Positions 7,273 to 16,239 of a stretch of DNA of 26,541 nt are shown piece by piece (the first letter of the stretch is position 1; every line of letters begins with the position of its first letter). This stretch comes from a virus (taxonomy: Duplodnaviria > Caudoviricetes). The notes beneath the pieces are model-generated. The model saw only the letters and a program-made list of their open reading frames with translations, did not search any database and was not told the DNA's origin. The DNA lies in IMG/VR virus record IMGVR_UViG_3300037961_000972, positions 1 to 26,541 of that record; one strand, written 5' to 3'. The position numbers were made by a program, and so were the translations under genes.

Positions 7273-7510
7273 GAAGGTCGCGCCTTCCATGCACAATGTT
7301 CCCCCGCTTTTTTATGGTACTTCTCAGAGGCTGAGTCGCACTCGTATAAGGGAGAAGCTAAGTTAGTCAGTTAAAACAGATGCATGCCTAGACTGATAAG
7401 CCGTTTTTTACGTTAAGACAGTCAGTTACGACCGAAGAGGCTAGAGATCTCAGAAGCAGTTTGAACCATGCAGCCTACTGCCCTCCTGATACACGACTGT
7501 CTTAGCTTTT
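7273..7510 (+). ncRNA. Additional structured non-coding segment
   Basis: Helices GAAGG/CCTTC, CTCAG/CTGAG, AAGCT 7355/AGCTT 7504, TAAGACAGTC 7414/GACTGTCTTA 7495, AGGCT/AGCCT; no credible ORF; strand uncertain. Confidence 0.4.
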
Positions 7511-7514
7511 ACAT

Positions 7515-7543
7515 AAAAAAAGGCGACTTCTCAGCCGCCTTTT
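7515..7543 (-). terminator. Rho-independent terminator of the inverted gene (possibly bidirectional)
   Basis: Minus strand AGGCGGCT-GAGA-AGTCGCCT then T run; GNRA loop. Confidence 0.85.
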
Positions 7544-7592
7544 ATCCCATTGTTTAGTAAAGGAGATTAACTAAATTTTGGGGGGAACACCT

Positions 7593-8069
7593 TTAGCTGA
7601 AGTATCCATATATTGTTATTGTTCCAGCTGCACTTGTAGCAGGAGCAACTTGTACATGAATATCAATTGTGTCATCAGCTGAAAACGCTAGAGGACCTTC
7701 TGCGAATGCTGTGCCAGCATCGTCATCGGAGCTCCAAACACTAGCAATTGAAGAGCCGCCAGCCTGTCCAATAGTTGAACCATCAATAATATCGTCTGAT
7801 GTAGAAGCAGTAGCAGAATCACTGTTACCATAACCTACATCGAGTACAATTGCTGGAGATCCACCAGTATCAATATCAGTAGATTTAATTCTTACTGCAT
7901 GCAGTTCTTCACCTGCAAATACGTCTAACGCTTGAATTACATCATTAACAACTAATGTACCAGTTGAAATAGTTGCTTTACGAACGAATAAGCCACCCGA
8001 AGGAAACTGTTTGTAAGCTGAATTACCTTCAACGTTACCACTTTTAGTTAAATTTGCTATAGTAGCCAT
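7593..8069 (-). CDS. Virion structural protein, capsid cement/decoration-like
   Basis: GAGG SD; beta-rich A/G/T/D composition with NDVIQ, LDVG, DDTIDI, AAGTITI pattern typical of genes that follow podovirus major capsid genes. Confidence 0.6.
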   Translation of the reverse strand: MATIANLTKSGNVEGNSAYKQFPSGGLFVRKATISTGTLVVNDVIQALDVFAGEELHAVRIKSTDIDTGGSPAIVLDVGYGNSDSATASTSDDIIDGSTIGQAGGSSIASVWSSDDDAGTAFAEGPLAFSADDTIDIHVQVAPATSAAGTITIYGYFS

Positions 8070-8097
8070 TTTACTTACCTCTGTTAATTATGAAAAA

Positions 8098-8109
8098 TTA
8101 TGTTACTCT
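8098..8109 (+). promoter_or_regulatory. Putative extended -10 promoter for the replication operon
   Basis: TTATGTTACTCT (TG-n-TACTCT); similar TTATGTTATTCT at 16222-16233. Confidence 0.35.
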
Positions 8110-8115
8110 AGTTTT

Positions 8116-8143
8116 AACATAAGCTGTTTTCAGAAAATGTCAA
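8116..8143 (-). promoter_or_regulatory. Sigma70-like promoter for the inverted gene
   Basis: Minus strand TTGACA-N16-TATGTT. Confidence 0.55.
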
Positions 8144-8162
8144 GCATAAATAAGGAGTATTT

Positions 8163-8360
8163 ATGGCCACATATGTTTACGTCAAACGTAACACAAAACG
8201 CCCATATTCGTATTCAGACGAAGATGTTGATTATATACAATTTAAATACGTGCCACTTTCCACTGCCTTCAACATGATTCATAGTAAGCAAATCGGTTGG
8301 GAGCGAGCTAAAAAGGGGGACTATGCCCATTGGATAAAACTAAAAAAGGGACAAACATGA
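8163..8360 (+). CDS. Hypothetical protein, 65 aa
   Basis: TAAGGAG SD; ATGA overlap with the polymerase gene. Confidence 0.75.
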   Translation: MATYVYVKRNTKRPYSYSDEDVDYIQFKYVPLSTAFNMIHSKQIGWERAKKGDYAHWIKLKKGQT

Positions 8361-10177
8361 CTACATTGCATAAAAATACTTTAGTTTTAGATTACGAAAC
8401 ATTTTACGATGTTGGTTATTCTCTTACTAAAATGTCTACTGCAGCTTATGTAAACAGTGATCAGTTTTATGTATGGGGCGTTGGTGTTAAGTGGAATGAC
8501 GAACCTACAGAGTGGATCTCAGGCGAAGACATACCTGCTATGTTTGAACAGATACCCTGGGATGAGACCACACTTGTGTGCCACAACACTTTATTTGATG
8601 CTTACATTATGACGCAAATACATGGCGTAAAACCTAGATATTACTGCGACACTGCTGCAATGAGCCGTGGGTTATATCCAAATCAATCTGCAGCTTTGAA
8701 GAGTGTGTGCGAACGCTTATATCCAGACGACAAAAGTATGCGTAAAGGCGATGAATTAGTTAATGCTAAAGGTGTACGTGACTTAGATCCTGAATTAGAA
8801 GAAGTAATAGCTGGATATTGTATACAAGATGTCGATCTAACTTGTGCAATCTTTCACAAAATGATTCAAAACTTTCCTAAAAGCGAACTTGACCTTATTG
8901 ATCTAACAGTCCGCATGTTTGTAGAACCTAAACTAATACTCAACCGCCAACTTTTGATAGACCACAAAGAACAAATAGCTGCTGAAACCGCACAGAAGAT
9001 TGCGGATAGCGGTACAGACAGAGAAACACTCGCTTCACAACCTAAGTTTGCAGCATACATTGAATCCCTGGGTATTACTGTACCTACAAAAAAGTCGCCC
9101 CGCACGGGTGAAATGATACCAGCATTCAGTAAATCAGATGCAGGTTACACACAAATGATGGATATGTATCCTCAGTACAACCACGTATGGGCTGCCAGGG
9201 AAGCTGTAAAGTCACGCATAGAAGAAACGCGTGCCGAACGTTTTCTAACTTCAGTTAACAAAGACGGTACGTTTTCAGTTCCATTACGTTACTACGCGGC
9301 CCATACTGGTAGGTTTGGTGGCTCAGAAAAAATTAACTTACAAAACCTTCCCAGGGGCTCTAAGCTTCGTACTGCATTACAAGCTCCAGATGATAAACTA
9401 CTTTATGTAGCTGACTTATCTAATATAGAAGCTCGTATGCTTGCTTGGCTTGCAAATGAACAAAGTTTGCTCAAGTCATTTGCTGCTGGTAGGGATGTGT
9501 ACTCAGAATTTGCTTCTGAAATATACAATCGTCCTATTACTAAAGCTGACAAGCTTGAAAGATATGTAGGTAAAACCGCTATCTTGGGGCTCGGTTACGG
9601 TATGGGTAAAGATCGTTACAAAGATACGCTACAAAATGGAGCAATTGCAGTGGATGTTACAGAAGAAACTGCACTATCTATTGTAACTGCTTATCGCACT
9701 ATGTACCCAAACATCCCCAGCCTTTGGAATGTATGTAAACAGTTTTTATACGGAATGATGGATCGAGCACAACACGGTAATGTATTTGGCCCCATTACAG
9801 TTTCAAACAACGCCCTTCAGCTGCCTAATGGTATGTTCTTAAAATATCCTCATTTAACATACAGTTACGGTGATTTCTTGTACACCCAAAAAATAAATCG
9901 ACCGCCGATACGGACTCATGGACCACGTGTATGTGAAAATGTTATACAAGCATTGTCGCGCATTGTCATTACAGATCAGCTGCTTACCATTAATAACAGT
10001 ATGCCTGAAGTAGATGTTGTACTTACAGTGCACGATGAGATTATATGTGTAGGTCCTATTACAAATCCAAACGAGACATTAGATAAAATTATAGCTATAA
10101 TGAAAACACCCCCTTCGTGGTGCAAAGATCTGCCCCTAGACGCTGAAGGTGGCTACAGTAAGGTATACGACAAGTAA
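8357..10177 (+). CDS. polA: Family A DNA polymerase with 3'-5' exonuclease (Leu762 type)
   Basis: ExoI LDYET, ExoII HNTLFD, ExoIII YCIQD, TGRFGG..NLQNLP, motif A DLSNIEAR, motif B RYVGKTAILGLGYG, motif C VHDE. Confidence 0.97.
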   Translation: MTTLHKNTLVLDYETFYDVGYSLTKMSTAAYVNSDQFYVWGVGVKWNDEPTEWISGEDIPAMFEQIPWDETTLVCHNTLFDAYIMTQIHGVKPRYYCDTAAMSRGLYPNQSAALKSVCERLYPDDKSMRKGDELVNAKGVRDLDPELEEVIAGYCIQDVDLTCAIFHKMIQNFPKSELDLIDLTVRMFVEPKLILNRQLLIDHKEQIAAETAQKIADSGTDRETLASQPKFAAYIESLGITVPTKKSPRTGEMIPAFSKSDAGYTQMMDMYPQYNHVWAAREAVKSRIEETRAERFLTSVNKDGTFSVPLRYYAAHTGRFGGSEKINLQNLPRGSKLRTALQAPDDKLLYVADLSNIEARMLAWLANEQSLLKSFAAGRDVYSEFASEIYNRPITKADKLERYVGKTAILGLGYGMGKDRYKDTLQNGAIAVDVTEETALSIVTAYRTMYPNIPSLWNVCKQFLYGMMDRAQHGNVFGPITVSNNALQLPNGMFLKYPHLTYSYGDFLYTQKINRPPIRTHGPRVCENVIQALSRIVITDQLLTINNSMPEVDVVLTVHDEIICVGPITNPNETLDKIIAIMKTPPSWCKDLPLDAEGGYSKVYDK

Positions 10178-10362
10178 TGAGTAATCTTATTCTTACAAGA
10201 AGAATTAATGAATCTATTGTGCTTTACAAAGAAGACCAGCCAGATGAAATACTGTGTAAAATTATGGTTACTTCTTTAGGGAACAAACAAGTACGTCTAG
10301 CTTTTGAAGCAGATTTAGATTTAAAAATAGATCGTCAAGAGCTATATAACAAACGTAAATAA
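10177..10362 (+). CDS. csrA: CsrA/RsmA-like RNA-binding translational regulator
   Basis: LILTRRINESI...QVRLAFEA...IDRQELY aligns to CsrA MLILTRRVGETL...QVRIGVNAP...HREEIY, with the R44 equivalent kept. Confidence 0.88.
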   Translation: MSNLILTRRINESIVLYKEDQPDEILCKIMVTSLGNKQVRLAFEADLDLKIDRQELYNKRK

Positions 10363-10374
10363 AGGAGAAATATT

Positions 10375-12861
10375 ATGGAGGTTGTCTTTCTTAAAGCAAA
10401 ACAACATCTTATTAAAGAAATATCACCAAACGAAAAAAAGCCTTATCCTCTAGCTAAGAACTTTACCTCACACCACCATAATATTGATAAAACACCTGAA
10501 GGGTTTACAAAACTTTACGACTACTTAATTAAATATGCAAAGTCAGGAGCGGCTTTACATAAAGGATTACTAAAGAAAAAACTAAAAAACGAATCTAGAG
10601 CTATGATGACGGATCGTGTAGCTAAAACAGATTTGCTAGTTTTAGATTTAGACGGAGTTGAGTTTCCAATAGCATCTTCTAAATCAACTCTAAATACATT
10701 TGATATACAAACTATTGCTGAGCAGTTTGTTACATACATGCCCCCAGAGTTTCAAGATGTAAGCTACATTGCACAAGCATCTGCATCTTTAGGACTAAAA
10801 GGTAACAAAGTATCAATGCATTTGTTTTTTATATTAAAACATTCAGTACACCCAAAAGTACTAAAAGAGTGGTTTAAAGTTTTAAACTACGAAATAGATT
10901 TTTTAGCTAACCAACTTAAACTTTCAGCTAATGGTCAAAGTATAGCTTATCCACTAGACGTTAGCTTAGCAGATAACTCAAAGCTTATTTATATTGCACC
11001 ACCTAAATTTGTAAACGGTGCACAAGATCCTATAGCTGGTGAAAGGTTTGTATGTATTACTCGTGGTGAACCGACCGTGGATATAGATCCTTTGTTAAAG
11101 GATGTTAACCCAGAGAAAGTTCATAGCGTTGGAGTACAAATTAAGGATGGTTTACGTAAAAAAGCAGGACTTACTAAGAAACGCGAGCGTGTTACTACTG
11201 TAAACATCGGAGGCGAATCTCAAGAAGTTTTGCAAAACCCTGACAGAATGACTATAGAAATCTGTAGAGTTAGTGAACCTTATGTTAACTGTAATATAAA
11301 CGGAGGAGACAGCGGTGCCTACTATTTTATTCTTACCAACCCTCACTATATGTACAATTTTAAAGGTGAGCCTGTATTTGAAATACAAAAAGCAGATCCA
11401 GACTTTTACAAAAGCATCTTCGAGATCTTTGCAAAACAAATGGACGGCGGAAAAGAAGTCAGACCAGTAGTATTAAGGGACTTTTATACAGACACTTTTT
11501 ACAATGGTGTGTTCGATACAAATAAAGAACAATTTACTGATGAGTTTCCGCTTACACCTACACAAAAAGGGTCCTTAGAAGGGTTTATGCGTACACATAA
11601 TCGCCCTATGCCTGACTTTATACCTGATGCACAAGTAGTTTTTGATCCTTCATCTAGTGTAGGTATTAATTTAGATCAGTCTCCTTACTTTGTAAATTTG
11701 TTTAGGAAAACTAAATATCTTTTACAGCCTGATTTAAAAATGCCTGAAATTGAGTATGGAGAAGCAGCTAATTTTGTTAAGTACATACCAAATACTTATA
11801 GTCTTATTAAGCATATTTTAGGTAATGGTCAAACAGAAGTAGAACATTTTATTAATTGGCTTGCTTATATATACCAAAATAAACGTAAAACTATGACAGC
11901 ATGGATATTTACAGGCGTACCTGGGACTGGTAAAGGCTTGTTTGTACACAGGATACTCAAACAATTGTTTGGAGAAGCTCAAGCTCCTATGCGTTCTTTA
12001 GAAAATATAGAAGAACAATACAATTTATACATGCGTACAGCCCTTTTCTTAGTTGTAGACGAATTTAGAATGGGTGACTCTGGCAACATAGGTCGTATGG
12101 CAGACAAACTTAAACACCAAATTACAGAACCAACACTTACAGTTCGTGCTATGCGTACAAACCAGGTTGAGCTGCCCAGTTATTGTAACTTTATATTTCT
12201 TACCAACCGAGCCGATGCAGTTAAAATAGAAGAAGGCGACAGACGTTACAACGTAGCTCCCAGGCAAGAACGTAAGTTAGAAAAAGCACTACCTGAATTA
12301 CTTACAAAGCTGCCTGAGCTGGAGCTAGAACTGTTTGCTTTTTCAGGACTACTTAGAAACTTTAAAGTAGACGAACGTATGGCACACACGGCGCTAGAAA
12401 ATGATGCGAAGAAAGACATGAAGCTTGTCAGTATGTCTGTACTAGAAGAATTTGCAAATGCAATAAAACAAAACAACCTAGAGTATTTTGTAGAGATTTT
12501 AGATATACCGCTTACAAACACGTTTGACGCTGGCGGAATAAGTACAGCACAACGTTATGTAAAAAATTGGGTGGCTTCTATAGGTTCAGAGATGATTATA
12601 CCTATGCAACACCTTAAATTAGTGTATGATGTACTTACAGACAACAGAAAAACGTTATCTGTAAGAGACTTTACTAAAGCCATGAGTCGATTAAGTATAA
12701 CTACCACTCGTAAAAGAATGGGTGAAGGTGAACATAGATCAGCTCCTAGAGGTGTATTACTAACTTGGGTTTTAAGTAAAGAACTACAAGAGTCATTAGC
12801 TGAAGAACATTTTGATGCTAAAGATATGGAACTTATAAACAGGAACACTGCTAATAAGTAA
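10375..12861 (+). CDS. Primase-helicase (AEP-like N-terminus, C-terminal DUF5906/SF3-like NTPase)
   Basis: LVLDLDG, SMHLFF, PLDVS primase motifs; GVPGTGKG, LVVDE, FIFLTN, DRRY. Confidence 0.88.
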   Translation: MEVVFLKAKQHLIKEISPNEKKPYPLAKNFTSHHHNIDKTPEGFTKLYDYLIKYAKSGAALHKGLLKKKLKNESRAMMTDRVAKTDLLVLDLDGVEFPIASSKSTLNTFDIQTIAEQFVTYMPPEFQDVSYIAQASASLGLKGNKVSMHLFFILKHSVHPKVLKEWFKVLNYEIDFLANQLKLSANGQSIAYPLDVSLADNSKLIYIAPPKFVNGAQDPIAGERFVCITRGEPTVDIDPLLKDVNPEKVHSVGVQIKDGLRKKAGLTKKRERVTTVNIGGESQEVLQNPDRMTIEICRVSEPYVNCNINGGDSGAYYFILTNPHYMYNFKGEPVFEIQKADPDFYKSIFEIFAKQMDGGKEVRPVVLRDFYTDTFYNGVFDTNKEQFTDEFPLTPTQKGSLEGFMRTHNRPMPDFIPDAQVVFDPSSSVGINLDQSPYFVNLFRKTKYLLQPDLKMPEIEYGEAANFVKYIPNTYSLIKHILGNGQTEVEHFINWLAYIYQNKRKTMTAWIFTGVPGTGKGLFVHRILKQLFGEAQAPMRSLENIEEQYNLYMRTALFLVVDEFRMGDSGNIGRMADKLKHQITEPTLTVRAMRTNQVELPSYCNFIFLTNRADAVKIEEGDRRYNVAPRQERKLEKALPELLTKLPELELELFAFSGLLRNFKVDERMAHTALENDAKKDMKLVSMSVLEEFANAIKQNNLEYFVEILDIPLTNTFDAGGISTAQRYVKNWVASIGSEMIIPMQHLKLVYDVLTDNRKTLSVRDFTKAMSRLSITTTRKRMGEGEHRSAPRGVLLTWVLSKELQESLAEEHFDAKDMELINRNTANK

Positions 12862-12864
12862 ATT

Positions 12865-13620
12865 ATGGTAAAGCTTGTACAAGACAAGCGTCCAGATCTC
12901 GATAGTGTAATCGAGCCTGAGACTCCAGAGGAGCTAGGACTAATCCCAGCTTGGTCTCACTCGACTCTCAAAACATTTGAAACTTGTGCTTACCGCAGCT
13001 ACATAGCTAAAGTTAGACGTATACAAGAAGACTACGGTCCTGCTGCTAAACGCGGTAGTGAAATACATCAAAAAGCTGAAGACTATGTAAGCGGTAAACT
13101 AGATGAGTTTCCTATTGAACTTAATAAATTTAAATCTGAATTTAAAGAGTTAAAAGAACTATACCAGTCAGGTACTGTAGAACTTGAAGGTGAATGGGGT
13201 TTTACAATTGACTGGCAGCCTTGTGGTTGGTTAACACCTGAAACTTGGGGCCGTATTAAGTTAGATGCAATCGTACATGAAACAGAAACTTCAGCTCGTG
13301 TTATTGATTACAAAACAGGTAAAATGTTTGGTAATGAGATAAGCCATTCACAGCAAGCTTTAACTTATGCCATCGGTAGTTTTTTTAAGTTCCCTGAACT
13401 ACAACATGCTCAAACAGAGCTATGGTACTTAGATCATGGAGAAGTCACTAGACAAGCTTATACTAGGGATGAAGCAATGGTATTCATGCCTACTCTACAC
13501 CAACGAGCAATAGCCATGACAACAGCAACTGAGTTCTTACCTAACCCATCTAAAACAAATTGCAGATGGTGCTCTTACGGAAAAGGAGAATATCCAGTTT
13601 GCCAACATGGTATAGAATAG
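12865..13620 (+). CDS. PD-(D/E)XK exonuclease, Cas4/AddB-like with Fe-S cysteines
   Basis: WSHS..ETC, GSEIH, KLD, IDYKTGK, Q..YA, CRWC...C. Confidence 0.9.
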   Translation: MVKLVQDKRPDLDSVIEPETPEELGLIPAWSHSTLKTFETCAYRSYIAKVRRIQEDYGPAAKRGSEIHQKAEDYVSGKLDEFPIELNKFKSEFKELKELYQSGTVELEGEWGFTIDWQPCGWLTPETWGRIKLDAIVHETETSARVIDYKTGKMFGNEISHSQQALTYAIGSFFKFPELQHAQTELWYLDHGEVTRQAYTRDEAMVFMPTLHQRAIAMTTATEFLPNPSKTNCRWCSYGKGEYPVCQHGIE

Positions 13621-13627
13621 TTATAAT
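13599..13627 (+). promoter_or_regulatory. Sigma70 promoter upstream of the helicase
   Basis: TTGCCA-N17-TATAAT. Confidence 0.75.
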
Positions 13628-13679
13628 AGAATGATAAATACAAATACAGTTACAAATAATAAATACAGGATACAAATAT

Positions 13680-15044
13680 ATGAGTATAGATACTTCCGTT
13701 CCACCTCCCTACGCACATCAAACTGACACAACCACTTTTATTACTAACCACCCTAGATGTTTTATTACATCTGATCCAGGCACGGGTAAAACTCGTTCTG
13801 TATTAGATGCCCACGTTCCACTAGGCTGCACTACTTTAGTCCTTGCTCCTTTATCAATACTAGAAGCAGCTTGGTTAGATGACATAAAAAAGTTTCAACC
13901 TACTATAAACTGCGGTGTAGCTTATGCTAAAAACCGTAAAAAAATATTTGAAGATAAAACTTTTGACATGGTTGTAACTAACTTTGAAGCTGTTACTTAT
14001 CTAGTTAAAAACCCTGAAGTCCTTGAAAGATTTGATACTTTAGTCGTAGATGAATTTACAGCATTTAAAAACAAAGATTCAAAGCGATCTAAAAATCTTA
14101 AAGCTATAGTTGATAACTTTGACCGCAGAATATTTATGTCTGGTACTCCTAACAGCAATACTATATTAGACTTATGGCACCCAGCACTTTGCGTTGATGA
14201 CGGCGAACGCTTGGGTAATCGTTTCTACTCATTTAGAAACCAAGTATGTACTTCTCGTTTTAATGGTTTTGCTAATGAGTGGATAGACAAACCAGGTATA
14301 GAAGAAACGGTTGCACAAATGCTAAGCGACATTACAATTCGACACGCTCTGGAAGATTGTATAGATCTTCCTAAAAATATTGTACGCACTTTATACACAG
14401 ATTTGTCTCCTGCAGTGTATAAAATGTACAAAACGCTGCAAGAGTCTTCTGTGTTGTACACAAAAATGGGCACTATTAATGCAGTACACGCAGGAGCTAG
14501 AGTCAAAAAACTATTACAACTTGTTTCTGGCGGGGTATACGATGAAGAAGGTAACGTACAATACTTTCACGAGCAGCGTCACGACATGGTAATGGATCTA
14601 GTTTCAGTCCGTAAACACAGCATTGTAGCTTTCAACTGGAAACATGAGCGTGATGCTTTGGTTACAATGGCTGAGAAAAGAAAGATTTCGTACGCTGTTA
14701 TTGATGGTGAAACACCTGCTAGTAAACGTACAGGTATAGTCCAGCGGTTTCAAGCAGGTCAAATACAAGTCCTATTTGCTCATCCACAATCTGCAAGTCA
14801 TGGACTTACGCTTACTAAAGCAACAACCTGTATTTGGTGTAGTCCTACATATAATGCAGAGCACTTTCAACAGTTTAATAGACGTATCCACAGAGCTGGT
14901 CAAACGCAAAAGACTGAAACAATTCTAATTGCAGCACGTAATACTTGGGAAAAAGAAGTATACAAAAAACTTAACGGTAAGTTAGGCAAGATGGAAAACT
15001 TACTACACGTACTTACTAAACTATATGCACAGGAGGCAGCATGA
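13680..15044 (+). CDS. SNF2-family (SF2) helicase
   Basis: DPGTGKT, VVDEFT, SGTP, HGLTLT, QQFNRRIHRAGQ. Confidence 0.93.
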   Translation: MSIDTSVPPPYAHQTDTTTFITNHPRCFITSDPGTGKTRSVLDAHVPLGCTTLVLAPLSILEAAWLDDIKKFQPTINCGVAYAKNRKKIFEDKTFDMVVTNFEAVTYLVKNPEVLERFDTLVVDEFTAFKNKDSKRSKNLKAIVDNFDRRIFMSGTPNSNTILDLWHPALCVDDGERLGNRFYSFRNQVCTSRFNGFANEWIDKPGIEETVAQMLSDITIRHALEDCIDLPKNIVRTLYTDLSPAVYKMYKTLQESSVLYTKMGTINAVHAGARVKKLLQLVSGGVYDEEGNVQYFHEQRHDMVMDLVSVRKHSIVAFNWKHERDALVTMAEKRKISYAVIDGETPASKRTGIVQRFQAGQIQVLFAHPQSASHGLTLTKATTCIWCSPTYNAEHFQQFNRRIHRAGQTQKTETILIAARNTWEKEVYKKLNGKLGKMENLLHVLTKLYAQEAA

Positions 15045-15421
15045 GTTACGAAGAACAAACTATAGATAATTTATTAGACACTTTAACTTCTACTAGAGGA
15101 GAGATAAAAGCTCTGCAAGAAGTAGAGAAAAAGTTAAAGTCACGTCAAAGAGAACTAGAAGCAACATTGATGGTTAGGCTAGACCAACAAGGTATAGACC
15201 GAGTCGGCAATGAGGTATGCACTGTGTCTTTGAAAAAAGAGATTGTGCCTACAGTAGAAGACTGGGATAAAGTACAACAACACGTCCGAGACACTGGACA
15301 GTTTGAGTTGTTACAGAAACGCATGTCAGCTACTGCTTATAGGGAGCTGCGCACTATGAACTTAGATGTTCCTGGTGTAAAGCCAACGGAGTTGACCCGA
15401 ATTAATTTTAGGTCAAAGTAA
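15041..15421 (+). CDS. Conserved-looking phage replication-module protein (coiled coil)
   Basis: AGGAGG SD; N-terminal coiled coil, VEDWD...LLQKR...VPGV. Confidence 0.75.
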   Translation: MSYEEQTIDNLLDTLTSTRGEIKALQEVEKKLKSRQRELEATLMVRLDQQGIDRVGNEVCTVSLKKEIVPTVEDWDKVQQHVRDTGQFELLQKRMSATAYRELRTMNLDVPGVKPTELTRINFRSK

Positions 15422-15450
15422 TATTAACCAAGAAAGAAGGACCATGAAAC

Positions 15451-16140
15451 ATGGACAAAGACAAAAAAGCAGTATCTCTGGTATCTAGTACAGTGCCAGC
15501 CCATGTTGCAGAAGCCAAAGGCTTAGGCAATGAAAACGTTACAGCTTCTGATTTGCAAACTCCTAGAGTTAAACTTCTTCAACAAATGAACGCCGAAGTT
15601 GATAAAAGCAACGATGCGTACATTGAAGGAGCTGAGCCTGGGTTGTTGTTAAATACAGTAACTAACGAGCTATACGGCAAAGAAATTTATGTGTTGAATA
15701 TTAACTTCAACGATGAATTTGTTGTTTGGCGTAAACGGGACAAAGGTGGAGGTTTAGTAGGTAGCTGTGCTTCATCAAGTGAAGCAGATGCACTTATAGA
15801 ACAACAATCTGGCAGCCCAGATGACTTTGAGGTAATACAAACGCATAGTCATTTACTAATGAGAAAAGACGCTGAAACTGGAGAACTTATAAACACTCCT
15901 TTCCAGATGGACTTTTCTTCATCTAAATTGCGTGTATCACGAGAGTGGAACACTCAAATTGCACAGTTAGGTGGCGATAGATTTTCTTCTTTATGGAAGT
16001 TATCTTCTGTCTCTACACAAAACCGTGCAGGTCAAAAGTTTCATAATCTCTCCGTTGAAAGCCAAGGATGGGTCGTAGACGAAGACTATGAAAAAGCGAA
16101 AGCTGTTTACCAAGCGGTTAAAAAACCTGCTGCTAAATAG
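15451..16140 (+). CDS. Putative ssDNA-binding/annealing protein
   Basis: GNENVTASDLQTPRVKLLQ..EGAEPG pattern, aromatic beta-rich core, replication-module position; function inferred. Confidence 0.5.
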   Translation: MDKDKKAVSLVSSTVPAHVAEAKGLGNENVTASDLQTPRVKLLQQMNAEVDKSNDAYIEGAEPGLLLNTVTNELYGKEIYVLNINFNDEFVVWRKRDKGGGLVGSCASSSEADALIEQQSGSPDDFEVIQTHSHLLMRKDAETGELINTPFQMDFSSSKLRVSREWNTQIAQLGGDRFSSLWKLSSVSTQNRAGQKFHNLSVESQGWVVDEDYEKAKAVYQAVKKPAAK

Positions 16141-16148
16141 TAGTTGCG

Positions 16149-16223
16149 AGGGGCCGTGTACGGAGAGATAAGTAATTGCGAACACCATAAAAACAACAAT
16201 TACTCGTGCACAGCCCCTTTTTT
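16149..16223 (+). terminator. Long terminator-like hairpin
   Basis: AGGGGCCGTGTACG..AGTAATTG / CAATTACT-CGTGCACAGCCCCT followed by a T run. Confidence 0.7.
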
Positions 16224-16239
16224 ATGTTATTCTTACTCC

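Noticed and set aside
6964-7296. 110-aa minus-strand ORF over the repeat array
   Set aside because: No SD, opposes local transcription, and variation between repeats preserves base pairing rather than codons
7545-7585. Hairpin 3' of the inverted gene with anti-SD CTCCTT in its loop on the minus strand
   Set aside because: Single instance of a 6-nt match; too weak to claim an sRNA function
16144-16239. N-terminal extension of the nuclease ORF from TTG 16144
   Set aside because: Runs through a terminator-like hairpin; the family-like sequence starts at GTG 16240
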